64,000 bases of DNA from Balanoglossus misakiensis (lineage: Eukaryota > Animalia > Hemichordata), in NCBI GenBank assembly GCA_040954595.2, contig CM082583.2:7686849-7750848 (forward strand). Reading direction: 5' to 3'. The translations under genes and the position numbers were made by a program. Position 1 is the first letter of the stretch; the number at the start of each line of letters is the position of its first letter. The notes under the pieces were generated by a model. The model worked only from the letters and a program-made list of their open reading frames with translations, did not search any database and was not told where the DNA came from. Shown one piece after another: positions 39,501 to 51,000 of this stretch.

Positions 39501-41687
39501 GTTTACGTGCTTTGATGAAGATGAGTGACTTTGCTGCGTGGTCGTTCGTCTGGGGTCAAGAATGTGCTTAACGTGCCATTCATTCATTCCTACCTGCTAC
39601 TTGAAAATCGCTAACAGAAGAAGCTACATGTACCCTTGCTAGATATCTAAATTTTCACCAGTTTTCTTGTATCAGGTTGTGTTTTTTCTATCAGGACATC
39701 GCTTTTAGTAGTATACTACTTGCATAGCGCGATTTGTAAAAAAGCATTGTCTAAAATTGCCGTGAAGCATTTTGAGTACGAAATGAGAACTGCCTCGACG
39801 AAATTACTTCCCGCCGAAAGATGTATCGATGCCACATTTCAATTAATGTTAGTGCCACCGCAGTGGCAAGATAAAGCGAACCGAAGCTTGTATATGTAGG
39901 CCACACTGGATTTACCACCGTCATGGCTGACTTGCAGACACAATCCTGATAGTATGAGACGGGCATCTTGAGTGTCAATGAGGATGTAGTACCGGGAGAA
40001 AAGTCCCTAGTCTCCGTGCCATAAGCATACCTTAGATTTCCAATTTCAACAAGACATGAATTCATCTCGGTCGTTACATCGTAGCGAACACCCATAGATA
40101 ATCCGAAACGAATCTGAAGCTCAGGTGAGCACCAATAGACCAACTCGTACAAGTTCGAGATTGGTACTGATAATTCAGTTTAATCTCAAAGTGACAGAAT
40201 TTCATGCACCGCGTATGATTTAGTACGACACAATGTTTTACGATTTGCGTAAGTCATGCATGCGACAAAAGTTGAATCTCTGATTCCGACAACATATGCG
40301 AAATTGGGGCTGCGTGATAAATCAGATGTCACACAAGTACAATGGAAACGGTTTGAGCTTCACAGCAGGAATGTACTATTGATTTTGGGGGGTGATCACT
40401 AAATCATTCATTGCGGTCTAGACTACAGGTGGCTTTTCATTTTTGCCTTGAATGGGAAACATGCAAATTGTTTCTTGTTTACTGCATCTGTGCAACTCAA
40501 ACCGTTTTCATTGTATTTCACGATTCTGCAAAGATATGTCCACATTTTTCAAATAGTGTTTTGATGGTCAGTCGCCTTTTAATTAACGTAAACACGCGTT
40601 AATAATTGGTGCCATTACGAATTCGAGACAAACCAACTGATCGGGAATGAATTTTTGCCATATTGGTCACCATATTGAATTGAAGTGTGAACCCTATTGT
40701 TCTTGTGCGGATTGTACAGAATCAAAACGCACAGTTGTGTAATCGCTCCAAACATCCGTTCCCCGGACCAGATCTGCGGCCACTGACAATCGAAATGAGT
40801 GTTTCCCCCGAAGGCCATCGTCAATCTGACAAAATTAATAATTCGATAAATATCGAATAAACCCATTAACGTGTCTCCTAGTATTAACAATAACAACGGC
40901 ACTTAGATTATAAACATTGCATTAGTGAATGGTGATTAGAAAAGTATTAGCTCTTTCAGCCACTGACCTGGACCGGAAATGCAACATGTCGGTGATTTAA
41001 AAAAAAGCGCGACAAACGCAAGACTTTTAAAGGACTGATTTACAAACGCGTCAGAGTAAAAAAAACATAACCGTGTATTAATCTAGGTCACAAGATAGCA
41101 TGCTATAAATGCAGCTGTGATGGTAATATCGTGGCATATCTACACAGTGATAAATCATGATATCTTTGTCAAAATATCGCGGTCGTAATTCGTCGACAAA
41201 ATTTGCTACGCTCAAAGGGACACCGGTTTTTCCGACATGTCTAAGCTAGGGAATAGCTGGTGAATCTGAGAAAATGGAAATAAGAAATACTGTTTAAAAA
41301 AATCCATAAACGTGTAATTGAAAATTCTTTATCAGTCATGATAAATAGTGAGCAACAGAGCGGTGCATGAAAGCACAACTTTATTCCATAACAAAAATAG
41401 TTTGAAATCTTTTATCTCGATATTTCATTATCCAATAGCGAAAAGTCAGTGCACAGATACGTAACATAATATATCGAGCCAAATCTGTAAGTTGTACATA
41501 GCTTCCACACGGTTCTTAAAATGAAACCGTGCAATATTAACGGCAAAACCCGAAACTATTGTAAAAGACGTGTCATGATAATTTTGATGCAATTGTACAT
41601 ATATTAGCGCGTTATTAGTTAGTCCAAGGAATGATGTCATATCAAACACTCAACTCGTCAGAAAACTACAGGATTCATATTAGATCG

Positions 41688-41749
<62 letters not shown>
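41688..41749. repeat. (TGA)n / (CAT)n microsatellite, about 20 units, in the putative 3' region of GPCR-2
   Basis: Perfect tgatgatga... run. Confidence 0.97.
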
Positions 41750-42373
41750 CTTTGTGTAAACAAAATTGTACAGCACAGCTGATACATTGAAATTTTTAAT
41801 ACAATCATAAATTTGTAAATGGCGATGTTCTGTATTAAGCGGATATATCCATATTGGATACCAAAATTCAATGGGCATAACTTTAAAAGGCGGCTGATAT
41901 ATCGAATGATTTTAACTAGTGATATTGTGTAACACAGTGGCATCCGAGAAAGTCTGCCATCTAAGTTTTCACAGTTGACTTCCCCAATCGAAAGATTGTC
42001 ATTTACCGTATCTTGCTACCACCCGAGGCAGTAAGCATAATGCATGAAATACATCATGAATGAGTATTCCGTTGAGCCATAACTTAAGTGCACATAAATT
42101 TTCATTTCATGAAGATGTACCTACATAATAACATTTTATATATATGTAAGCCCTGCGATGGCAGGGGAAAATAACACGTACAGAACTTAAACCTGAGCAT
42201 GTAACTAGGTCATTGACATAAACATTGCTTTTTGACTACCTCCGCATGGAGGGATAACAAACCATAAATACATGCGAGTGTACGGATAATACTGTAATAA
42301 CTTCAGTTTGTATTAGTTACACGGTATGTTGTGTACAGAGCAGGTCACTTATGAATTTCCCATGGTGGTATGT

Positions 42374-43459
42374 TCATTGATGGTCGAAAATGTCTGTGTT
42401 AGCTACGGTATGGACAAGCTGACGGATCCCGTTGCTTTTCTCTATCTGTGTTGAGACCGGCGTAGGCAGCATGACGTTAAGGCCATTGCTGTGACTTGCA
42501 CGGCAGTTTAACGAATGCATGTTCACCGCTCGTTTCGGGGAACGCCTGCGAAATACCTTGACGACGTGATTCTGGAAATCCTGGCGCAGATACGTGTAGA
42601 CGATCGGGTTCAGGCAACTGTTGGCATACGTCAGGAGCGTCGCGCAGAAATACGCCACCTTCAAAGCTTTCGGTCTGGTCTCGGAACGTGTGATCGCCAC
42701 CGCCAGCTGCGTTATCCAGAATGGAAGCCAGCAAATGACGAAGACGGTCACCGCAAAGAGAATCATTATTCCAACTCTGCCAATTGGAATTCGCCGGGTG
42801 GGCCTGCTCCTCCCGACGACCAAGTACATCACTATGTTCACGTACGCAGCTGTGATAATTATGAGGGGTATTACAAAGCCTACGACGAAAGCGTACACGA
42901 CGAACACCTGCGTCACATGCTTGGGACCAATGACATTGCACACGGTCACATTGTCAAAGGTTTGGGTCCTAGCATACTTCCACAAAGGCACGGAGGAGGC
43001 CCCTGAGCATGCCCACATCAGGAGGCAGATCACCCAGGCGCGTTTCACCGTCCGATACTGCTTCGACCAGACCGGGTGGACGATGGCGGTGTACCGATCG
43101 ATGCTCATCGCTGTCAGCGTAAAGATCCCGGTGAACATGTTCATGCCGTCGATACCCATGACGACCTGGCAGAGAGCGTCGCCGAAGATCCATTTCCTGG
43201 TCGAGTTGAAGTGGCCGAGGAACGGCAAACCGATGAGAAAGAGCGCGTCCGCCGAGGCCAGATTGATAATGTAGACATTCGGCACAGACTTTGTGCCGAG
43301 TTTGCACCTCAGGAGGACGTAAACAACAACAACATTGCCCAGAAGTCCACTCACGCAAACTATACCGTAATATGTTGGCATGAAGACCTGGAACATCCAA
43401 TGCGGCAGGACACCGAATCCTTCGTTATCAAAGGCATCCGTGTGGTTCAAACCCTCCAT
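42374..43459 (-). CDS. Class A peptide GPCR, somatostatin/allatostatin-C/opioid receptor-like (paralog 2), intronless CDS, 361 aa from ATG 43459
   Basis: MEGLNHTDAFDNEGFGVLP...GN...NLASAD...WIFGDALC...IDGMNMFTGIFTLTAMSIDRY...CWLPFW...YANSCLNPIVY. The ORF-track start at 43465 is a TTG immediately after a splice acceptor (ttttctttttttag|TTGGCG ATG). Confidence 0.95.
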   Translation of the reverse strand: MEGLNHTDAFDNEGFGVLPHWMFQVFMPTYYGIVCVSGLLGNVVVVYVLLRCKLGTKSVPNVYIINLASADALFLIGLPFLGHFNSTRKWIFGDALCQVVMGIDGMNMFTGIFTLTAMSIDRYTAIVHPVWSKQYRTVKRAWVICLLMWACSGASSVPLWKYARTQTFDNVTVCNVIGPKHVTQVFVVYAFVVGFVIPLIIITAAYVNIVMYLVVGRSRPTRRIPIGRVGIMILFAVTVFVICWLPFWITQLAVAITRSETRPKALKVAYFCATLLTYANSCLNPIVYTYLRQDFQNHVVKVFRRRSPKRAVNMHSLNCRASHSNGLNVMLPTPVSTQIEKSNGIRQLVHTVANTDIFDHQ

Positions 43460-43877
43460 CGCCAACTAAAAAAAGAAAACTTAAGGCAAAGAACGGTTGT
43501 TTGAACAGTGCTTCCCGACGTTAGCTGTCGACCTAAACTATGCATGATTACGGCATCATCGCTTAATATATTCCCGATGATCCACCGTACACGTCACGCC
43601 ATTAATGGCCGTGATTGGTAGCGTATTTATAATATGGGGGCACTGTCGTTTTTCCAGCACGCATGCAGATAGGTAGGGTAGACTTGGCATAAGGTGGTTA
43701 TCAATATGTGTTTCATTGCTGTCTCACGCTTTATTTCATTGTCCTCTTTTATAATCATGTTAGACACTGTTGGATAACTGTTTAAGTGTTATGATTTCAA
43801 GGGAACTGGGGTTTCCGAGACCCGGATGTGGTCGAAGACACACTCAAAGAATAGAGTGTTGAAGACCGCACGTGACC

Positions 43878-43945
43878 GTGTCTTTGAGACAGCCACTTGA
43901 CTTCGCATTGCTTCTCCCTAAACCCGGCTGTGTATGTACCTGCAC
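43878..43945 (+). mobile_element. Possible degenerate SINE central-domain fragment
   Basis: gtgtctttgagacagccacttgacttcgcattgcttctccctaaacccggctgtgtatg resembles, from memory only, the gtgtccttgggcaagrcactt...acccagctgt core of many metazoan SINEs. A similar short piece (gtgcccttgagcaa) lies near 55541. Confidence 0.3.
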
Positions 43946-46900
43946 CGTACGTGACCTGATACCTGTTCAATGAAGGATGACAAAATAAAAACAAAATAAG
44001 CTTCTTTTATCTCATGGAACTTCACATGTGTGATCTTGTGGAAACGTCATTGGATACCTTTTATACCTGTAAAAATCCGGAGTTATGTCTCTGTCTTAAT
44101 AAGATCCCAAAATCCGTTCGTGCGTTATGACATACGTATGTACTTCAAGAAAATACGTAAACAGGTCGAAGGGTTGGGGCCAGATGCTTACAACATGTTA
44201 ATCACACAACTTGGAAAAAGCATTTACCGTGTATGGTTCGTTGTACAAGTCGGCGATCGATGGCGAAACGATCACACCAGACTATGTAAATTGCTGTACA
44301 TGACTTAGCTGATTCGTGAAAACCATACACCCTGATGCGAAGGAGCCCCTGTGAAAACCTACGAACTCTTCGCGACGTGTACATGTAAGTGTCGCGTATT
44401 CGGTGTTAGAACAAATACATTTATTAATGAAAATTTCAAGCATCCGAGATCTTGATGAAATGTTCCCATGTGACAACTCGTAAATTTATTGCCTCGTTTG
44501 CATCCTGTATCTTACTTTCGACACTTTGTCCTTTCAATAGAAATGTGTCATCTCATTTTGGCGATTGATTTTTCCCCTTGGTCGACCTACTTTTGATCAT
44601 CTATATTTCAGATGATTGTTGTTCGCTGTAAATATCTACGGCAAATGGACTGGCTGACACTAATCGATTGATAAAGGTCGTATACCAGGGCAGTCATCAG
44701 CTTTGCGAGTGTTGTGATATCATCCAATAATGGTTTGGTTCATTGTGTCTTTTATTCTGTCTACCTAATAATTAATGTTCAGGTCCGGGAGAAGAAATAG
44801 CTAAAGATGTTTTCAGTCCTTCGTTCGTGACATCCCACGAAAACGTCCTTGTTCGGAATTCAGTGTTATCTTATGTTATTTCTTTCTTTTCTTTCCCTTT
44901 TTACTAAACAAAACGCACGCTGAAGGCAATCGCCATGCTAAGCACGGATTTACATCACGGCGAATTTTCCACGGATTTTGTAAAAGCCTTTATCCTTATT
45001 ATCTATGTGAATGGCCCCGCCAATAGAGATCTCATATCGTTGCAATGGCCCACATGTGGTCTAAACCTTGAGTAACAGAATGCATTCAGGCATTTCCCGT
45101 TCCACTGTCTGTGACTCGCTATTTTTAGGTGTACCTACCTCTAAATCTTTCATGTACTGTTTAATCTAGTCTGTCTGCATGGTTACAAGCAGAGTGGGGT
45201 TTGTTTACAGTTAATCAGTGTTCAAGCATGTTTCAAGAAGTCGAAAGGCATAGGCAACTTTTCGCATGAAACACCCACAATACCCGATTTTTGTATCTCT
45301 CGGCACGGCACTCATTTCTAAAGTTATTGTTGAAATTGTCAACAGTATGCCCTTTACTGGGGCTTTATTTACCTTTGAATAAGAACTTAAACTTGTATGA
45401 TAATAATCATGATTAACAATCACATTGAATTGAAAGCCCTTCGTGCCATCTGTTACCCGTTTATCACAAAAACAAAAATATGGCTGCTTCGTATAGAGGC
45501 TTATGCGTTCATTGTATTGTTCATCGGGTAGTTCGCATTATATTCAGTAATTTGTCAAATAACAAATATAGGGCAGATTCATAATTGAAGGAACTCAAGC
45601 ATGAGTTCAATTATAAAGGGCGACCTAAATTTGTCTGGGTCTCGAATTGTACTGTGATAATATTAATGGGACACAGCCGATATCTCCCACTGGAAGATGA
45701 GTTTGATAAAGTGATTTCACAGAGCTGTTTTTATCACAGGGTATATCCGTCACTGATAGCATTGTAAGAATCTACGTGCCTCGCGATCAGATTGGCAAAT
45801 GTTACGTATCTTGTTCAATAACGGCAACTCTGGACGAGACAATAATGCACCTAGAACAAGATGTTTGACTTTAGTAAATTTGTGCAACTGATAAACATAG
45901 CCGTTGGGTGAGTGAAAACTTGTACATTTAGGATGTGGAGAAAAGGGTATTAGAGATATAATCAAAGCCAACCTTGACAGTTAATTAACGAACACTTCCT
46001 AGCAAAGACTTGTTCACATGTACAGTTGACAGTATGTCAGGTCTAGAAATGAACTATGCTTTCTTGTGGACCTGCAGCAAAAAGTTACATGATTGACGGT
46101 GATGACGTTTATCCCGGAACATGTGTGTCAAAAACTGTCCACATTCTGACATACCGGAGCGATAATGTACCGCGAGCTTCAACAATCACATCACAAGCCC
46201 AACGTGTCTCACCGTGTCCCCCGTTGCACTTTCGGCAAGGTCGCATTCATTTTATTACCTAAGTGCATGTAATAGACTGCTCACCCTCTCACCACATAAT
46301 GGATAATGTAATTCCGCGTATATACACGTAGTGAAATGCTTTCAATAAAACGGCCCATTTAATCATGTTCGTCTACGCAGGAAAAAAAAATCAGAAGAAG
46401 ATTAAACGCCATACCTGTAAGTGCAGTGGCCCTCGTCTGTGCGTGTGAAAGGGCCTGTAAAGTTTTCAAAATATGATGGTAAAATAACTTTTACGGGCTG
46501 GCGTAGTTTCTGCATGAATTCACCGGTTTGATCACGTCTAGGACAGGGACCTATACATATGTACAGAGGAATGGATCAAGGTTGAGTTTTCTTGGCCTGG
46601 TTCAGGGTCCAAATTTGCATGATTTGAGTGGATTGCATTGCATAGGCCTATATTGCATGGTTGAGTGCCACGCACTCACCTCACAAAGCAATCCGGTTGA
46701 AGTGTTATTCAGGCTATTTTCACGGTCATGCAATACACAGGTCATTCACAAGAAACTTGAAAAACAGCACTGAACTCTCTAGACACATCTGATAATTGAA
46801 CCCAGGGGCCACCGTACAATGTCATCTCTTCTATTATCACCAGGGCAACACAACACAACACACTGCAACGTGCAGTGCTTTAGAGAGAGAAAAAAGCCCT

Positions 46901-47128
46901 CTCTGCATTATCGATGCTGACAGGAGCACCTTACTCAACACGCGGTCTAAACATGTTTCAAAACGCTGCCAGCAGATTACATTGTACGTATGATCTCGAA
47001 ATGCAGACTATAGACACTGAAATTTTCATTCGTGGTGTCCCTTAAAATATAATTATTATTTATGGCTTGTACTTTTTTGTAGCGCCGATATTTCACTGAG
47101 CAGTTGCACAAAATGGCCGGAAGATGTT

Positions 47129-47215
47129 GCTCGTTTGGCTGAGCCGATTTTGTCTGCTGTTTCTGACGTCCTTGCTATGTGAAAAGGGTTAGCGTCCGGG
47201 TTCGAATCCTGTAAA
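47129..47215 (+). mobile_element. tRNA-derived SINE head or tRNA pseudogene fragment
   Basis: A-box-like TGGCTGAGCCGA (47136) and B-box GGTTCGAATCC (47199-47209). No intact cloverleaf is evident. Confidence 0.4.
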
Positions 47216-47919
47216 ACGCGAGTTTATTATTTTATGTCATAAAATAGCTGTTCAAGACGAGACGTACAGGTCTAACTAAAACCCGCGTACTACAAAAAAG
47301 AGTGTTGTGAATCAGATTTTAGTTCGTATAATGCGCGAGTCACGTAGCATCATTTCCGCGGGAAAAAAAGCTAAAGTGAATGTCATTTTTCACCGGCACC
47401 GTTATCCCATTTCAAAGACAATGAATATTTCATGTTTTAATTTCTTCTAATAATTACACTGTTTGCAGTATTCATTAGATGTGAGACAAAGATTTATCTT
47501 TGCCTCTGATAACTTTCATGCATAACGACTACTTTTATGGCCAGTGTTAATTTTTAATGTCATCATGTTGGAAGAGCTTTCACAATAGTGCCAGGTGAAA
47601 CAAAACTGACGTGTAGTGGCAAAATTTATTGTTCATGTAAAGCATCCAGGGACGAGGAAATTTGTGCAATCACATGTTTGAAACATTTTCTCCAGTTACA
47701 TGTAGAAACTATGGACTAATAGTCAACATGTTGTTTCCGCCGCATTCTTATACATGTATATCCACCAATATTAGAGAATGCGCAAGAAATCTTAAAACGA
47801 ATCCAGAGTATTATTGTCTGTCGCTATGACAACGTTTCAAAAAGTACGATATCCTCGCCTGGGTTCATTTCACCTGTAATAAATATTTCAAATGATGAGT
47901 AACACTGTTGCTATTGCAT

Positions 47920-48032
47920 ACATCTGAGCATGCGCGTCGCAGATTCAGCCAAACAAAGTGGGAACTACCAAGTACAACACTGCGTAACATCAACATAAGG
48001 CCTTCCTCGGTATTCAAAATACTCGGCCTAGT
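47920..48032. mobile_element. Possible Helitron/Helentron-related non-autonomous element end
   Basis: Imperfect hairpin ggccttcctcggtattcaaaatactcggcc directly followed by (c)tagt at 48028-48032, resembling hairpin+CTAG or HINE subterminal architecture. Recognised by pattern only. Confidence 0.3.
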
Positions 48033-51000
48033 ATGTATCTATAACACTACGGTCACCTGAAACGAGCATCGCCTATTTTGATTAAGAAACGGCAAATGAA
48101 TACTGGCGAACATTACTGCGACTTCGCATAGCATGTCACTTAGATGGGTTCCACAAGGCGACCGTGGTCCCATTCTTTGTAGATCAGGAACGCAGATTAG
48201 TGGAATATTTTTGAGGTACATTGTAATTTCATGCGAATAACAGCAACACCGTTCTGCTATCGTATACGAATTAAGGTTACAGCGTCCAAAACAAACTGCT
48301 TCGACGTAAGCACATCGGCAAAGTTCTTCAATTTGTAAGATTTCCTTCAGAAAGTATATTGCCATTAAATCTCTAGTCGTGCTGGAGTACATGCATGAAT
48401 AATCGTCATTTGTTAGATAATCCATCGAAAACTATCATCGGGACAGGGAGATGTTTTACTGTTCATCGATGTGTGTCGCTGAAGAAGTATAATTTTGATG
48501 TCAACCCCAAAGCACTACAATCATTTACCGATGGTATATTATATAGAGGATGTTTGTACCAGTTCATTCGTAAATAGAACTGGGACTATGACGTATTTCC
48601 CCATAAAGTACATTGTACAAGGGTAGTTGTAGATGCCGTTTCGGAATTAGAAACGTATAACGCTTTGATAGAATTCAGTGAAGGAACATGCGTAAAATCT
48701 TATCGACCAGTAAACAAGGCTTGTGAGTAATGGAAATCTAAAAGTTATACAGGCCTTCACGGGTCAGTCAATTTTGATGCCATTCAATCAAGCTATAAGC
48801 AGTCGTTGATTCGAAAAGAAATGCAAGGATTAGTGCAGCTTGAAGTAAAACGGCTTACTTTAGGAATGAAAGGTAGAACATATGCACAACTGATCGTTGA
48901 TAATCTCTCCGGGCTTGTTGCGACACACTCTCCATATTTTAAAGCCTTTGAATCCGGTCTTATCTCTTTCTCGTTCTGTTGGCCAAATTTCCCGTTCCAC
49001 ATTACGTGGTTACGTGACACAGTCTAAATGTATGTTGCTGTTTTCTACTGTAACAGTGGATTGTTCAGTCACTAAAGGGGTAATTTATGCAATTTAAAAA
49101 AAGATGCAACTACACAACTGACACGCTGTCAACTTGAATGATAAATCTACGGTGTGATAAGGAGCACGGTGTGCCACGTGATGATCATGCTTGACCCGGG
49201 GTCAACTTTCCGAGTCCGCCATGATGCAAGACAGGGTCGGGGGTCGTGTCGGGTTTTCCAACGACTCTATATGCGCTACGCATTCATAATACGTTTTATT
49301 TCGCCATCAGATCCACGACTACTATACAGATACCCACGCCAGCAATGCTATTAAATCTAATGTCTTGTTTCATCACTCAAACCTCATTCAACCTATGAGC
49401 GCGCTGCTGTCGCCAGTGAAGTAGGGCCTAAAACGTTGGTGTGTCGCCGATAAAACATTTGATGGGGAATGCTGTATTTGTCTCTGAAATTTACAGCCGA
49501 GTTGGTAAAATGGAAAGTGTTTTATAACACCATTGAACAGGTGTACCTGTTTTAGTGATTTTTACGGTGAAGATGCGCACGATGCGATGTTTTGATTGGA
49601 ATATTAGTTGGCGGGATATCGTGTTACATAATAGGCATGGTGGTAATTATGACGAACCCGCGGCACATTTCTTTAAACTGGTAAACGAATTTGACCTAAA
49701 GCAGACTCCCGATTGGAGTATATTTTCGTATTTTTTCAGATTTTGGGTCAGTTTGATACATGCTTGGACTGAAAAACAGGAAATTGGGTTTTGCAGTAAT
49801 GAGGTTGCCAATTTGTGGGCATTCAAATATCCTTTCCACAGACTTTGATTGTGGAATGTAACCTAGCATATTTGTCTACTGGCGGAAATAAGTGGAACGG
49901 TATGAACTTCACTCCGAACGCTGATTGTGCGTGACGGATGTTACTGCTTCAAGTTTCTGTGGAAGCGAGCGTGGATTCACTCAGAAGCGCTTGCAGCCTC
50001 TCCGCTAGCCGCTGTGATTTCCTGAATAACCCCGGTGTCCAACTGCTCCACCTCATGTATACATTTCCGGACTATTTACGCTGACGCTATAGCTGCGTCA
50101 CGGTCGCCGCTCGACTCTGCAAATTCAGCAGATAATTATGACCAACAGCCATGAATGCGATGCGTCCAATAGTCATTCTCCGGCTTCTGTACAACCATCT
50201 TGTTGTTTCCTATTCCTGTGGCCCAACTCTGACGCTGTCTGCTCTGCTGAATGCCATTGCAGTTTTTTTTGTCGATGATTTCAGGCGGTCTATAGTCGTT
50301 TGGTCTCTATTATAGTCGATTTGGTCTATATCCGGGGTGGGGGTGATGCGCGTTCCACACCCATTTCGACCAAAGTGCATTTCGTGAGACATCCAAGCCT
50401 GGCAAACAATTTCCCAAGGTGCACTTGTACCGACCCCATGCCGGTTTCGTGGAAGCACCGTGCGCTTACGATGATGGTCGTAGTTGCTTTGATGGTTATA
50501 ACGCCAACAGTGCGTTCGAAACATTTAATACGTAGACATATTCACAGAATTGCCGACAGTGCTCTTCGGTTGAATGCGCGTAAAAGTGTTATTACCAAAT
50601 GTCACGAATCGAACATTACTTCCACTCTCTTAGCTTATCTCCTTGTTTAAAACTCCGATGTTTTTTGATGGATGAGTACAGAAAAATAGATGGTGTCATG
50701 CAAGGCGTGCTTTATGAATTATTATCATTCTCTTTCCTGACCCTATAGTCTATGTTGTAGTTTGATAGAGGGAGCTGCGTCTGTTACTGGATTGTTGTTG
50801 TCGAGTATTTAGTGGTGGTCGTGTTGTTATTTTCAAGATTTTTTTTATTATTGTTCATTTTGTTTTTATGATTGCCATCATTATCTCTAGAAAACTTCCT
50901 TGAAATAGTAAGTTATTGAATACAATGAGTTTTACTAAGTTCGAAATGAGGTAAATTTCCAGATTTCGAGGGCAATATTTGACGGAATTTGGTATTCATT

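Noticed and set aside
41675-41943. Poly-His and poly-Ile ORFs
   Set aside because: Product of the (CAT)n microsatellite.
42477-43504. Long overlapping ORFs (217, 163, 154, 143 and 142 aa) on or opposite GPCR-2
   Set aside because: Shadow ORFs caused by GC3-rich codon usage of the GPCR; no independent motifs.
47129-47215. Functional tRNA gene
   Set aside because: Only A/B-box-like motifs; acceptor and anticodon stems do not form.
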